DNA of 64,000 bases from DHVE2 group archaeon. GTDB taxonomy: Archaea; Thermoplasmatota; Thermoplasmata; Thermoplasmatales; Aciduliprofundaceae. Shown in pieces: positions 16,912 to 26,458 of this stretch. The DNA is taken from the NCBI GenBank assembly GCA_027023265.1, contig JALVVV010000055.1, positions 19,907-83,906 on the forward strand, read 5' to 3'. The notes under the pieces were generated by a model, which saw only the letters and a list, made by a program, of their open reading frames with translations, was not told where the DNA came from and searched no databases. The position numbers and the translations under genes were made by a program. Numbering within the stretch: position 1 is the stretch's first letter; every line of letters starts with the position of its first letter.

Positions 16912-18670
16912 AGTAGTACTCTCCTTTGCTTTTCTGCTCCCGGTCGTTGTAGCTATCCGGCTTGTTAATCCTTGGGCGATTAGTGTCCCCGTCCCTTCTG
17001 AATGTTATATTTACATTTTTCAAGAACATATTCATTCCCTCACGCATGGAAAATGGTCCCTTTGCGATACCATGCTTTCCGGGCTCCCCGCTGAATACCA
17101 TTATGCTATCTGCAATTATGTCTATAAAATACACATCGTGATCAACAATCATTGCACTTCTTCCGAGGTTCTCCATGTACCTGCGTATCACTTTGGCTGC
17201 AACCATTCTCTCGTTAGAATCTAAATAAGCGGAGGGCTCGTCCAGCAGGTACAAATCTGCGTCCAGACCCAGAGATATTGCAATGGCCAGTCTCTGCATT
17301 TCTCCACCGGATAGATTTTTCACCTCTTTGTTGTAGAGGTATTTCAAGCGGAGGGGATGCAGCACCTCAGCCCTGTAAAAATTGTTGAGCATCTTGTCTT
17401 TTAAAGTGATGTTTAAAAGCTCCTCCACCGTGCCATCGTAGTCAGTCTTTATGTACTGGGGTTTGTAACTTACTTTTATCTCAGAATTTACTTCTCCGGA
17501 GTCTGCCTTTATCGCTCCTGCTAATATTTTCACAAAAGTCGTCTTGCCTGTGGCGTTTGAGCCCACTACACCCACAACCTCACCTGTTCGTATCTCGCCA
17601 GGATAAACATCAAGCTGGAAATTAGTGTATTTTTTAGATATGGCACCCCAGGATATCAGCACTGGCAACTCACTCTTCCTTTTTGGCGGGTGCATTATGA
17701 ACTCTATTTTCCAGTCCCTGAACCTTATATTCTCGTCCCTTAAATACCCTTCCAGATATGCGTTTATAGCATTTCTCGTGTTTCTAACGTTTGCCACAAT
17801 TCCGTACGCGCCCTCACTTCCGTACATGATGTGAATTGCGTCGGCTATGAAATCCATTATGGCAAGGTCATGCTCTACCACGAAAACTATCTTTTGTGAT
17901 GCGAGGCTTTTTATAACCTTTGCCACGTTGAGTCTTTGGTAGATGTCCAGATAACTTGAAGGCTCGTCAAAGAAATAAACATCGCCGTCTTTTAGCAGCG
18001 CTGCCGCGATTGCCACAGTTTGCAGTTCCCCTCCACTTATTTTTCCCACGTCCCTGTCTAACGCGTTTTCAATTTCCAGCATGGCCGCTATCTCATCTAA
18101 CTGTCCCTGCTTATCGGCGGATTTTAGCAACTCTCTAACCTTGCCCTTGAAAACCATGGGTATCTTATCCACGTATTGCGGTTTTACCACGGTACTGAAC
18201 TCTCCATCTCTCAATTTAGCGAAGTAATCTGACATTTCCGTGCCAGAGAAAAAATCCACGACCCTGTCCCATGAGGGTGTTTCGTTGTAATTGCCAAGGT
18301 TTGGTATTAAGTTGCCTGATAAAATCTTGATTGCTGTGGATTTTCCTATTCCGTTAGGGCCGAGTATGCCAACCACCTTGTCCTTTTGAATCCTTGGAAG
18401 CCGGTATATCCTGAACCCGTTTTCTCCGTACTGGTGTATTAGATTCTCGTTGAGCTCTTCGGGTAAACCTATTATTTTCACCGCCTCAAATGGACATTTG
18501 TGAACGCAAATACCGCAGCCTTCGCAGAGCTCTTCTATTATTTTGGGATATCCTTTTTCCGTGATGACTACTGTGTCTATTCCCATCCTAACTGGCGGAC
18601 AATATGTCCTGCACTCATAGTTGCACTTTTTAAACTGGCATCTGTCATGGATAACAACAGCTATGTGCAT
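16904..18670 (-). CDS. abcE1: ABCE1 / RNase L inhibitor-type ribosome-recycling ATPase
   Basis: N-terminal 4Fe-4S ferredoxin cysteines (CNYECRTYCPP, CEGCGICVHKCP) and two ABC cassettes (GPNGIGKST / GSNATGKTT, LSGGELQ / LSGGEMQ). Confidence 0.93.
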   Translation of the reverse strand: MHIAVVIHDRCQFKKCNYECRTYCPPVRMGIDTVVITEKGYPKIIEELCEGCGICVHKCPFEAVKIIGLPEELNENLIHQYGENGFRIYRLPRIQKDKVVGILGPNGIGKSTAIKILSGNLIPNLGNYNETPSWDRVVDFFSGTEMSDYFAKLRDGEFSTVVKPQYVDKIPMVFKGKVRELLKSADKQGQLDEIAAMLEIENALDRDVGKISGGELQTVAIAAALLKDGDVYFFDEPSSYLDIYQRLNVAKVIKSLASQKIVFVVEHDLAIMDFIADAIHIMYGSEGAYGIVANVRNTRNAINAYLEGYLRDENIRFRDWKIEFIMHPPKRKSELPVLISWGAISKKYTNFQLDVYPGEIRTGEVVGVVGSNATGKTTFVKILAGAIKADSGEVNSEIKVSYKPQYIKTDYDGTVEELLNITLKDKMLNNFYRAEVLHPLRLKYLYNKEVKNLSGGEMQRLAIAISLGLDADLYLLDEPSAYLDSNERMVAAKVIRRYMENLGRSAMIVDHDVYFIDIIADSIMVFSGEPGKHGIAKGPFSMREGMNMFLKNVNITFRRDGDTNRPRINKPDSYNDREQKSKGEYYYA

Positions 18671-18679
18671 AAAAACACC

Positions 18680-19087
18680 TCAGTTTCTGGCCCATATTTC
18701 ATCGGGGAGCTCTCCGTAGATGTCTTCAATGTCCTCTTCCACAACTACCTCCTGTGGTTTGCTTTCCGACAGCTGCACAATTTTTTCCTTGTTGAGAATC
18801 CAGTAATGAATTCTCCATTCTCTGCCGTCCCACAGCGTGGTTTCTTCTCTCTCCGTTTCCAATAAATCCAGGTCTTCCAGCATATAGAATGTATCTCGAT
18901 CCTCGGGCTCAAGCATGTTGTCGATTATCCTGTCTCCAAATCCGAAAAAGTTAAGCACGTGAATTGCAGTCATTTTAGCCTCTTCTAAACTGAGCCTTCT
19001 CTTTGGTCTGCTAAGACCATTTTGAATTGCCTTGGCAAGCGTGTCTATCGTAATTATCCTATTTTCATATATCTCTTCCACAATCAT
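18680..19087 (-). CDS. Hypothetical acidic protein (135 aa), 9 nt upstream of abcE1
   Basis: ORF with a TATA-like tttatatata about 30 nt upstream on the minus strand. No motif recognised. Confidence 0.55.
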   Translation of the reverse strand: MIVEEIYENRIITIDTLAKAIQNGLSRPKRRLSLEEAKMTAIHVLNFFGFGDRIIDNMLEPEDRDTFYMLEDLDLLETEREETTLWDGREWRIHYWILNKEKIVQLSESKPQEVVVEEDIEDIYGELPDEIWARN

Positions 19088-19247
19088 TCACTCCCGGCTA
19101 ATTGTGATATTACGGAAAGGGTATATATAAACGTTTCGTAGATGCGATGGGTAATCGCTCCGTATTAAAAAAATTTTCTTCTGGATTGGTAAGCGGTGCG
19201 TTAAAAAGCCGCTGGATTGTAGTAAATATGAAAAATTGCGTTGGGAA

Positions 19248-20630
19248 TCAAAAATTATTTTTGCTTGTTTTTAAGTTCATGTATTTGATTTTACCGTCCA
19301 CCATTGTTAGCAAAATTTTTTCATCTTTTACAACCACTATATCCGCAATGTTACCCTGATTTAGTTTGCCAAGGTGCGTACTCATGTAATATGAGCCCAG
19401 GGTATATGCTTGTATTGCCTCTTTTAAGCTTGTTCTCTGCTGCAAGAACTCGGATTCTGTTGACATTTTTATTCCAAACAGGGGGTCAAGGGGCATGCAG
19501 TCAGAGCCGAATAGCATTTCAATGCCTCTTTCATTTATTTTTTTGAAAGGATTGTTGTTTTCCAGCCAGGAGTCTCCCAGCATGCGATGGTACAATCCGC
19601 CGCGTTTTGCCCATTTCAAGAAATTTGGCTGCACGGACACTGAAAAATTGTCATTGTTTAAGAATTCCTCCCTTGCAAGCTCAAAATGCTCGATCCTGTT
19701 TCCCTTCGTGTCTTTATATGCATTGATTACCGTTTCTATTGCAAAATCTCCAATGGCATGGGTGAAAACCCGAATTCCGGAGGTGTTTGCGTCTTTTACC
19801 AGTGCCCTTAACTTTTTGGACGAAATCAGTGGTTTGGCCCTGAAGCCATCTCTGTACTCCGTGGCTGCGGTCTTTGCACCTATGGAACCATCTGAAAAAA
19901 GTTTCAAAGAGCCTATTTTTAAAAAAGAATCACCGAATCCAGAGTACAATCCTATGGATTTTATTTTTGGAAAGTCTTCAATGTAGAAACTCGCATAAAT
20001 TCTTATATCCAGCTTGCCGCTTCTGTGCATGTTGAAATATGTAGAAATTGCGTTCATGTCTCCGAAGTCGTGAACGCATGTAACTCCTCTGGAGAGTGCG
20101 TATCTCTGCGCAAAATCAAAATCCAGATTTTTAAAAGCGTCCAGCATGTTTGACATCTTCCAAACCTCGTTTTCGAGGAGAATTCCCTCCTCATCGCCCA
20201 GACTGTACTTTCTGCGCGTTAGTGAATTTACCACTGCCAGGTGCCCGTCCTCGCGTACCAAAAAAACCTCAGAATCCGGGCAAATCTCGTCCAGTTCTTC
20301 CGAGCTGAGATATTCTTTGCGCTCCCAGAAACTCTCGTCCCAGCCTCTCCCTACAACTCGTTTTTTTCTGCGGCACTCTTCCCGAACTGCTTGGAGCACA
20401 TCTTTTCTGCTCTTATTGGTTAAATCGAGGGTTCCGTGCATCAATGCAATGTTTGACAGGTGCGTGTGCGAGTCGCAAAATCCAGGGTATATTTCGGCAC
20501 CGTTCAAGTCGTAGCTTCTCGTTGCATCTGGAAGAGTTCCATTGCCTATTTTTGCAATTCTGTTTCCATTAATCAGAATGTAGGTGTGTTCCGTGTTAAA
20601 AACCCTGCCGTTGTAGAGTAGAATGGACAT
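19248..20630 (-). CDS. Metal-dependent amidohydrolase (amidohydrolase-3 type)
   Basis: GFCDSHTHL metal-binding motif, later HAIGD and GSDCMP. ATG at 20630 gives MSILLYNGRVF. The track start at 20648 is a TTG. Confidence 0.8.
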   Translation of the reverse strand: MSILLYNGRVFNTEHTYILINGNRIAKIGNGTLPDATRSYDLNGAEIYPGFCDSHTHLSNIALMHGTLDLTNKSRKDVLQAVREECRRKKRVVGRGWDESFWERKEYLSSEELDEICPDSEVFLVREDGHLAVVNSLTRRKYSLGDEEGILLENEVWKMSNMLDAFKNLDFDFAQRYALSRGVTCVHDFGDMNAISTYFNMHRSGKLDIRIYASFYIEDFPKIKSIGLYSGFGDSFLKIGSLKLFSDGSIGAKTAATEYRDGFRAKPLISSKKLRALVKDANTSGIRVFTHAIGDFAIETVINAYKDTKGNRIEHFELAREEFLNNDNFSVSVQPNFLKWAKRGGLYHRMLGDSWLENNNPFKKINERGIEMLFGSDCMPLDPLFGIKMSTESEFLQQRTSLKEAIQAYTLGSYYMSTHLGKLNQGNIADIVVVKDEKILLTMVDGKIKYMNLKTSKNNF

Positions 20631-20671
20631 AAAAAGGAAATGAAACAAAAAATTAAAAAGATTTTCAGTGG

Positions 20672-21115
20672 TTAGTTCTTAAAGTAGTCTTTCACTTTGA
20701 ACAGGTACACGAGTATAACTATGCTTATTATTGTACCTATTGGCACGTTGAACAGGCCAATTATCGCAAATATGAGTGCCCATACCCAGGCACCTTTCAT
20801 TCCCTTAATCAGACCACCGGCTATTCCAAAGTAAAGGCTGGCCATTATCAGAGCGCCAATCCAGCAGCATACCATCTGAGATGCCCACTGGTAGAAAGGC
20901 ATATCATGCGGTGTGAAAACCAGCAGGTACGAGACGTACAGCGGGTACACCAGCCATAGAATTCCTCCTATGGCAAACAGCACCGCAAGTATTTTCACCC
21001 CTGCAGGTGCTTTTTCAATTTCCTCCTTCGTTGGTTTTGGATTTGGAGGTGGCGGAGGAACATTTTCCTGCTCCACTTTTTCTTCTTTGTTTTCGTCCTC
21101 GGTCATTTTTAACAC
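20672..21115 (-). CDS. Membrane protein with an acidic, Pro-rich N-terminus
   Basis: N-terminal ENKEEKVEQENVPPPPPNPKP followed by about 4 hydrophobic helices. Confidence 0.6.
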   Translation of the reverse strand: MLKMTEDENKEEKVEQENVPPPPPNPKPTKEEIEKAPAGVKILAVLFAIGGILWLVYPLYVSYLLVFTPHDMPFYQWASQMVCCWIGALIMASLYFGIAGGLIKGMKGAWVWALIFAIIGLFNVPIGTIISIVILVYLFKVKDYFKN

Positions 21116-21217
21116 CCAATTGATATAACCGAGAATAATATATATAGTTTTTGTTAGTTGAATGGTAAATGCTTGCGAACAAAAGATTTATTAAATTCTT
21201 ACACATCCCCATATTTG

Positions 21218-21290
21218 CGGGGCCGTAGGGTAGCTTGGCATCCTACCACCCTGGGGCGGTGGCGACCCGAGTTCAAATCTCGGCGGCCCC
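21218..21290 (+). tRNA. tRNA-Pro (GGG)
   Basis: Acceptor GGGGCCG/CGGCCCC plus A, anticodon stem CCACC/GGTGG with loop CTGGGGC (U33, G37), T-arm CCGAG-TTCAAAT-CTCGG. Confidence 0.88.
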
Positions 21291-21450
21291 ACTCCCCGCG
21301 AGGATGCCATTTTCTTCCAATGTTTTAGGTGATGTTATTTACTATTTCCCAATGTGCGTTTCTCGCTGAAAAATGCATTGAATCCTAGAAAATATATGGA
21401 TATTGCACAAGTATTAACCTTTTAGGTCTAAAAATATAATGGGGGCGAGT

Positions 21451-22131
21451 TTAAAACTCGTAGCTCTCTCCGGGGTTGAGTACCACCAACTTTATGTTCT
21501 CTTTCTCCAGCTCACCGCGCATTAGTTCTGGATTTGCGTTTATCGGTGGCCATGTGTTGTAGTGCATGGGAATAACAACCTTTGGTTTAATCCACTTTGC
21601 CGCGATGGCTGCGAGACGTGTGTCCATGGTGAACAGTCCTCCAATGGGAAGAAGTGCCACGTCGGGCTTGTAAATCTCTCCAATTATTTTCATATCTCCA
21701 AACAAACCGGTGTCCCCGGCGTGGTAAACGACCTTTCCGTCCATCTCTATTATGAATCCAGCAGGTAAGCCACCTGAGTGCGAAAACCCGGTTTCTGTTA
21801 TTCCCGACGAGTGCATGGCTGGGACCATAGTTATTTTGGCACCCTCGTAATCGTAGGTTCCGCTAAAATTCATACCCACCGCTTTTGCTCCCTTTGAGTT
21901 TATGTACTCTGCAATTTCGTATATTGCCAGAACAGGCACATCTTTACGCTTGGATATGAAAATTGCATCCCCCAAGTGGTCCCCGTGCCCGTGCGTGACG
22001 GCAATAATGTCGCAATCCAAGTCATCGGGCTTTACCGGCGCCTTGTCATTGCCCGTTATGAATGGGTCAACGAGCACCTTCTTCGTGCCCTCAATCATAA
22101 ACGCAGAATGGCCAAGCCACGTGATTTTCAT
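21451..22131 (-). CDS. Metallo-beta-lactamase-fold hydrolase (UPF0173-like)
   Basis: MKITWLGHSAFMIEG start and HGHGDH metal motif. SD GGAGGTGA upstream of the ATG at 22131. Confidence 0.85.
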   Translation of the reverse strand: MKITWLGHSAFMIEGTKKVLVDPFITGNDKAPVKPDDLDCDIIAVTHGHGDHLGDAIFISKRKDVPVLAIYEIAEYINSKGAKAVGMNFSGTYDYEGAKITMVPAMHSSGITETGFSHSGGLPAGFIIEMDGKVVYHAGDTGLFGDMKIIGEIYKPDVALLPIGGLFTMDTRLAAIAAKWIKPKVVIPMHYNTWPPINANPELMRGELEKENIKLVVLNPGESYEF

Positions 22132-22186
22132 CTCTATCACCTCCAGTTTGCATGCCATTATCCTCTTTAAAATTTTCCCCGCTTCT

Positions 22187-22834
22187 TTATTTTTTGAAAT
22201 CAGAGATGTTCCTTACAATGTTCCCTCCAAATATGGCGCTTGCAGCTACAATTATGTCCGCTCCCGCGTCCACAACCCGTTTGAAGTTGTTGTGCTTTAT
22301 CCCTCCATCTACGGAGATTTTCACGCTTAAACCTTCGCGGTCTATGAATTCCCTTGCCTCTTTGATTTTTGGTATCACCTCGTCTATGAATCTCTGTCCA
22401 GAAAAGCCGGGATACACGGACATTATGAGCAAATAATCCACATCATCTATGAAGTCAATTACCTTGGAAAAAGGTGTATCCGGATTTATTGCTATTCCCA
22501 CTTCTGCACCGTAATTTCTGATTTTTCGAAGTATGGTTTCTATATCCACTTTTATCTCACGATGCACTGTTATAATGTCCACCCCTGCTTTCATAAAATC
22601 CTTTATATACTTATCAGGTCTCTCAATCATAAGATGTGCGTCGAATGGAATTTTTGTGCATTTCCTTATGCTTTTTATCACCACCGGCCCGAAGGATATA
22701 TTGGGTACAAAGTGCCCGTCCATAACATCAAGGTGGATGTAATCGGCTTTTCCTCTTTCACACTCTCTTACTTCGTGGCATAACTGTGAGAAATCCGCTG
22801 AGAGAATTGAAGGTGCAACCTTAACCTCACTCAT
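22187..22834 (-). CDS. rpe: Ribulose-phosphate 3-epimerase
   Basis: APSILSADF, HLDVMDGHFVPNISFG and VDGGI motifs. SD GGTGAT upstream. Confidence 0.92.
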   Translation of the reverse strand: MSEVKVAPSILSADFSQLCHEVRECERGKADYIHLDVMDGHFVPNISFGPVVIKSIRKCTKIPFDAHLMIERPDKYIKDFMKAGVDIITVHREIKVDIETILRKIRNYGAEVGIAINPDTPFSKVIDFIDDVDYLLIMSVYPGFSGQRFIDEVIPKIKEAREFIDREGLSVKISVDGGIKHNNFKRVVDAGADIIVAASAIFGGNIVRNISDFKK

Positions 22835-22885
22835 ATTATCACCACGGCGGCATGCAACATACAGTATATAGATTTTAGTCGTGCT

Positions 22886-23404
22886 TTAGCTTCCCCCGGT
22901 GATTTCCCGGAACACGTTCTCCACGTTCTCTCCCGTTTTTGCACTCGTGAAATAAAACGGGGAAGAGTACTCATCTGCAAGTTTTTTCAATTCGTCCTTC
23001 CAGAATTCTGCCTGGTACTTCAAATCGCTTTTGTTACCAATAAATATCATAATTCCATTGTAGCCGTCCAAAAATCGGGCTATTTCGTGCATTGTGTTTA
23101 GTGTATTTTTTCTAGTTATGTCCCCTACCACGAGTATGGCTTTTGAACCTCTAAGAATCTTATCCACATGCTCTTCGTATATGCTAACATCCCATACCAT
23201 TAGCGTGATTCCATCTACTTTCCTTTTGTATGCTTTGCTTTCCACGGTGCTTTCCGTGTCATCTTTAAACGTATCGTAAACAAACCGGTTCACAAGCGAA
23301 GTTTTACCAACTTCTGAATCTCCGAGCACACTGATTTTCCATATCTTAGGAGCTTTCATCCAACTTCCAATGACATTAGCTATATAAAGATTTTTCAAGG
23401 CCAT
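22886..23404 (-). CDS. Ras/Rab-like small GTPase paralog with a degenerate switch II (G3) motif
   Basis: G1 GDSEVGKTSLV, G4 GNKSDL, G5 TSAKTGENVE. The G3 position reads WDVSIYEE instead of DxxGQ. An alternative start is at 23359 (MKAPKIWKISVLGD). Confidence 0.8.
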   Translation of the reverse strand: MALKNLYIANVIGSWMKAPKIWKISVLGDSEVGKTSLVNRFVYDTFKDDTESTVESKAYKRKVDGITLMVWDVSIYEEHVDKILRGSKAILVVGDITRKNTLNTMHEIARFLDGYNGIMIFIGNKSDLKYQAEFWKDELKKLADEYSSPFYFTSAKTGENVENVFREITGGS

Positions 23405-23533
23405 GGTGTTTTTCGGCTGTTGATACCATGGCTTTTTTGAAATTTTGTAAGGAAAATATACTTAAATACTTTGATGAGCGGATTATCGGGAAATAGTTAA
23501 ATAAAATAAGAATATAAGATTGAATGAGAGGCC

Positions 23534-24337
23534 ATGGAAATCAAGAGGAAGGTGGTTCTTTTAGGCGATGCTGCGGTGGGAAAAACATCACTTGTAAGAA
23601 GGTTCGTTTTTGACTCCTTTGACGACAAGTACATAATGACCATTGGAACGAAGGTCAGCAAAAAGAAGATGAAAATGAGGGTTGAAGGCATTGATGTTGA
23701 CCTTACGCTAATGGTTTGGGACGTGTTGGGCCAGCAAGGATTTACACAGGTTCAGGAAGCAGCATTCAGGGGTAGTGACGGTGCTTTGATTGTTTGCGAT
23801 CTCACGAGAAAGGAGACTCTTTACAGCATATCTCATTACTGGTTGCCCATTCTTGAGAGAGTTGCAGGTGTCCCAGCCGTGCTTTTGGCAAACAAAAGTG
23901 ATCTGAATAACTGGGAGCTATCAACGGGGGAAATTGAAAGCTTTACAAATAATATAGGCGTTCCATATTTTTTGACCAGCGCAAAAACTGGTGAAAACGT
24001 GGAAGAGGCGTTTAAAAAACTCGCGGAAATGACGTTTGTATTCTATCCAATTAATGTGAATATTGAGAAAGAGAAAAATATGGAGAGTCTCAAAGACGTG
24101 CTTGATTACATAATGAATGATTTTGCATCGCAGTACGGAAGCTACGATGATGGAATGGCCGTGCTCACCGCTAACTTGAAGCTGGTAGGCATAAAAATTG
24201 ATAAACCCGGGCCATTGCAAATGGTTACCTTAATTGACAAACTTTATGCAATAGAAAAGGATTATCTGCCTGTAGAAAAGGCTAAAGAGAACCGCATCAA
24301 AAGGCTTGGATTGATGAAGAGGGTCAGGTGGTTATAA
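23534..24337 (+). CDS. Ras/Rab-like small GTPase with a C-terminal extension of about 95 aa
   Basis: G1 GDAAVGKTSLV, switch I MTIGTK, G3 WDVLGQQ, G4 ANKSDL, G5 TSAKTGENVE. A non-GTPase tail of roughly 95 aa follows. Confidence 0.88.
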   Translation: MEIKRKVVLLGDAAVGKTSLVRRFVFDSFDDKYIMTIGTKVSKKKMKMRVEGIDVDLTLMVWDVLGQQGFTQVQEAAFRGSDGALIVCDLTRKETLYSISHYWLPILERVAGVPAVLLANKSDLNNWELSTGEIESFTNNIGVPYFLTSAKTGENVEEAFKKLAEMTFVFYPINVNIEKEKNMESLKDVLDYIMNDFASQYGSYDDGMAVLTANLKLVGIKIDKPGPLQMVTLIDKLYAIEKDYLPVEKAKENRIKRLGLMKRVRWL

Positions 24338-24891
24338 TGTCAGAAGAGAAAGAAATTGAGGAAAAAGCAAGGGATTTGATGAAAAAAATAACGAGCAAAA
24401 ACCCATGTGGTTCCGGAGAGATAGACCTTATGGGGCGAAGGTACGTGCTTCTGTCAACGGAGTATTTCCCGTACGAGCTCACGAAGGACCTGGAAGAGAT
24501 TTTTGGAACTGCCGGGGATGCTGTCCTCTACAAAGGGGGAGAGCGAGTGGGCAGGGACTTGTACGGGCACTACATACATCTTGCAAGAGAATACGGAATA
24601 GAAATATGGGACATAATATCTGCAGTAGGCTGGTACTTTGGATGGGGTCTTGGAGAGGTCATAGAAAGGGGACACAACAACGGGAAATACGTTATCAGGG
24701 TTTACAACTCTTTTGAGTCAGAGAGTTTTATTGACAGGGAGAAAAAAGTGAAAAAGCCAGTATGTCATTTTATGAAAGGAGTGCTGAACGGAATAGTGGA
24801 GAGCATAGAGGTTGTGAAGTACAAGGCTGAGGAGACTAAGTGCAGGGCAAAGGGAGATGAATACTGCGAATTCGTCTTTACTCCTCTATAA
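24337..24891 (+). CDS. V4R (4-vinyl reductase) domain protein
   Basis: GRRYVLLSTEYF...EEIFGTAGDAVLYKGGERVG...CHFMKGVLNGIVE...EETKCRAKGDEYCEFVF matches the V4R pattern. The ATG overlaps the upstream TAA (TAATG), with AGGTGG 5 nt upstream. The track's GTG at 24328 is an alternative start. Confidence 0.85.
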   Translation: MSEEKEIEEKARDLMKKITSKNPCGSGEIDLMGRRYVLLSTEYFPYELTKDLEEIFGTAGDAVLYKGGERVGRDLYGHYIHLAREYGIEIWDIISAVGWYFGWGLGEVIERGHNNGKYVIRVYNSFESESFIDREKKVKKPVCHFMKGVLNGIVESIEVVKYKAEETKCRAKGDEYCEFVFTPL

Positions 24892-26458
24892 ATTCTTTTA
24901 GTTCTGGATAACTATTAACTGCATCTTCCGTTTTTCTGTAAGGTCTATTTCGTATTATGGATACTGCTTTTTTCTCTCCAATTCCGGGTATCGCCATGAG
25001 AGCCCGGTAACTTGCAGAGTTTATATTCAGAGGATACTCAACCCCTGTTACGCTTCTTTTGCCGTATCCGACAACTTTAACGTCAACGAATTTGCCAGTA
25101 TTATCTGGATATGGTAGAACAATTACGAGTGGGTATGAGCCTATTTGCCTTCCGTAGGTGTAATTCCCCTTTTTAACTTCCAGATACACGTCTTTTAAGA
25201 TGGTCATCTCTGGAACTATCCTTCTGAGCATCGGTGCGTCTATTTTTTCCCTGACTTCTTTTCTGAACTTCCAGCACTCGTGTTTGTACTTGAACTTGAA
25301 CTTTCCCCGAATCTCCGCTATCTGCCTTACATTTATTCTTCTTAATAGATATCCCCGGCTAAGTACTTCTTCTAAAAATTTAAAGCTCATTGCGTAGCTT
25401 TCCTTTCTCTCGCATCTCAAACCGCATATGAAATTCAATCCCGGTAAAAGTCGTGGCATGCCGTTTTCCCCTCGCTCTGAGCCCAGCTCGTTTACTATGC
25501 GAATTGCATCCATTACCTGTGATGGAGAGGTGTTAAGGTTGTTGCATTTTCTAACTTCAGGGTCTGCGGATTCCATTCCAAAAGATACTACGTTTCCAGG
25601 GGTAGTGTACTTTACCAGAACTTCAGTAATCTTCTCACTTTCATCTTGGTACGTAGCTATCACTGCGGGGTTTGCATTGTCCACATGCAGCACCTTGGGA
25701 TTTAATTTGTGTAATCTTGAAAAGAGAGAGCGTATTGCCCCGACATTTGGTTGCACAATATCTTTCTCTCCAACACCAAAACCCTTGTATGAGTATATGC
25801 AGCTTTGTCCACCAACCCTGAAATTCAGAACTCCCAGTTTCCTTAGTGTCTCTACTTCTTTTACTATATCATCAACGTCCCTGAACACCGGTTTTCCATA
25901 AAGGGGTTCTATGCAGAAAGAACAACCACCGGTTATGTATCTGGGGCAGCCTCTGAAAGTTTCTATTTCTGCAATTATGCTGTAGGGGAAGTCAGGATGC
26001 TGCTCCACAATATATGAGCCATTCAAAAGCCAGCGATTCCACTCATTTAGGCTATGAAACCTGTGTCCATCAAAATTATCTGTCAGTACATCATATAGAA
26101 GAGCATCCACATCTTTTTTTGCGATGTAATCAAAGCCATCTTTTATTATCCCGAATCTTGCCAGTCCACCTCCCAGAATTTTCAATCCTTTGAAGCTCCG
26201 AGCAATGTCCATAACTTCTCTTATTGATGCAGGGTATGTTCGGAGGTACTTTCCGGGGACAACGGCGCCTCCAATGAATATCAGCAGTTCTCCGGGAACA
26301 CTTTCACCTTTTCTCCACCGGTCAATGCTCATGTACCTGCAATCCACGCCCAGTTCCCTGCAAACACCCGCAACCTGTCTTATGTACGGAGATATATATG
26401 GGGGCACGCCCAGCATTGACGGTTCGTCCACGTACCCGTCCAGAATTGTTGCTAACAT
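24878..26458 (-). CDS. Radical SAM protein with a C-terminal helix-hairpin-helix motif (COG1031-like)
   Basis: ETFRGCPRYITGGCSFCIEP Cys cluster and C-terminal ALMAIPGIGEKKAVSIIRNRPY (HhH). Confidence 0.75.
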   Translation of the reverse strand: MLATILDGYVDEPSMLGVPPYISPYIRQVAGVCRELGVDCRYMSIDRWRKGESVPGELLIFIGGAVVPGKYLRTYPASIREVMDIARSFKGLKILGGGLARFGIIKDGFDYIAKKDVDALLYDVLTDNFDGHRFHSLNEWNRWLLNGSYIVEQHPDFPYSIIAEIETFRGCPRYITGGCSFCIEPLYGKPVFRDVDDIVKEVETLRKLGVLNFRVGGQSCIYSYKGFGVGEKDIVQPNVGAIRSLFSRLHKLNPKVLHVDNANPAVIATYQDESEKITEVLVKYTTPGNVVSFGMESADPEVRKCNNLNTSPSQVMDAIRIVNELGSERGENGMPRLLPGLNFICGLRCERKESYAMSFKFLEEVLSRGYLLRRINVRQIAEIRGKFKFKYKHECWKFRKEVREKIDAPMLRRIVPEMTILKDVYLEVKKGNYTYGRQIGSYPLVIVLPYPDNTGKFVDVKVVGYGKRSVTGVEYPLNINSASYRALMAIPGIGEKKAVSIIRNRPYRKTEDAVNSYPELKEFIEE

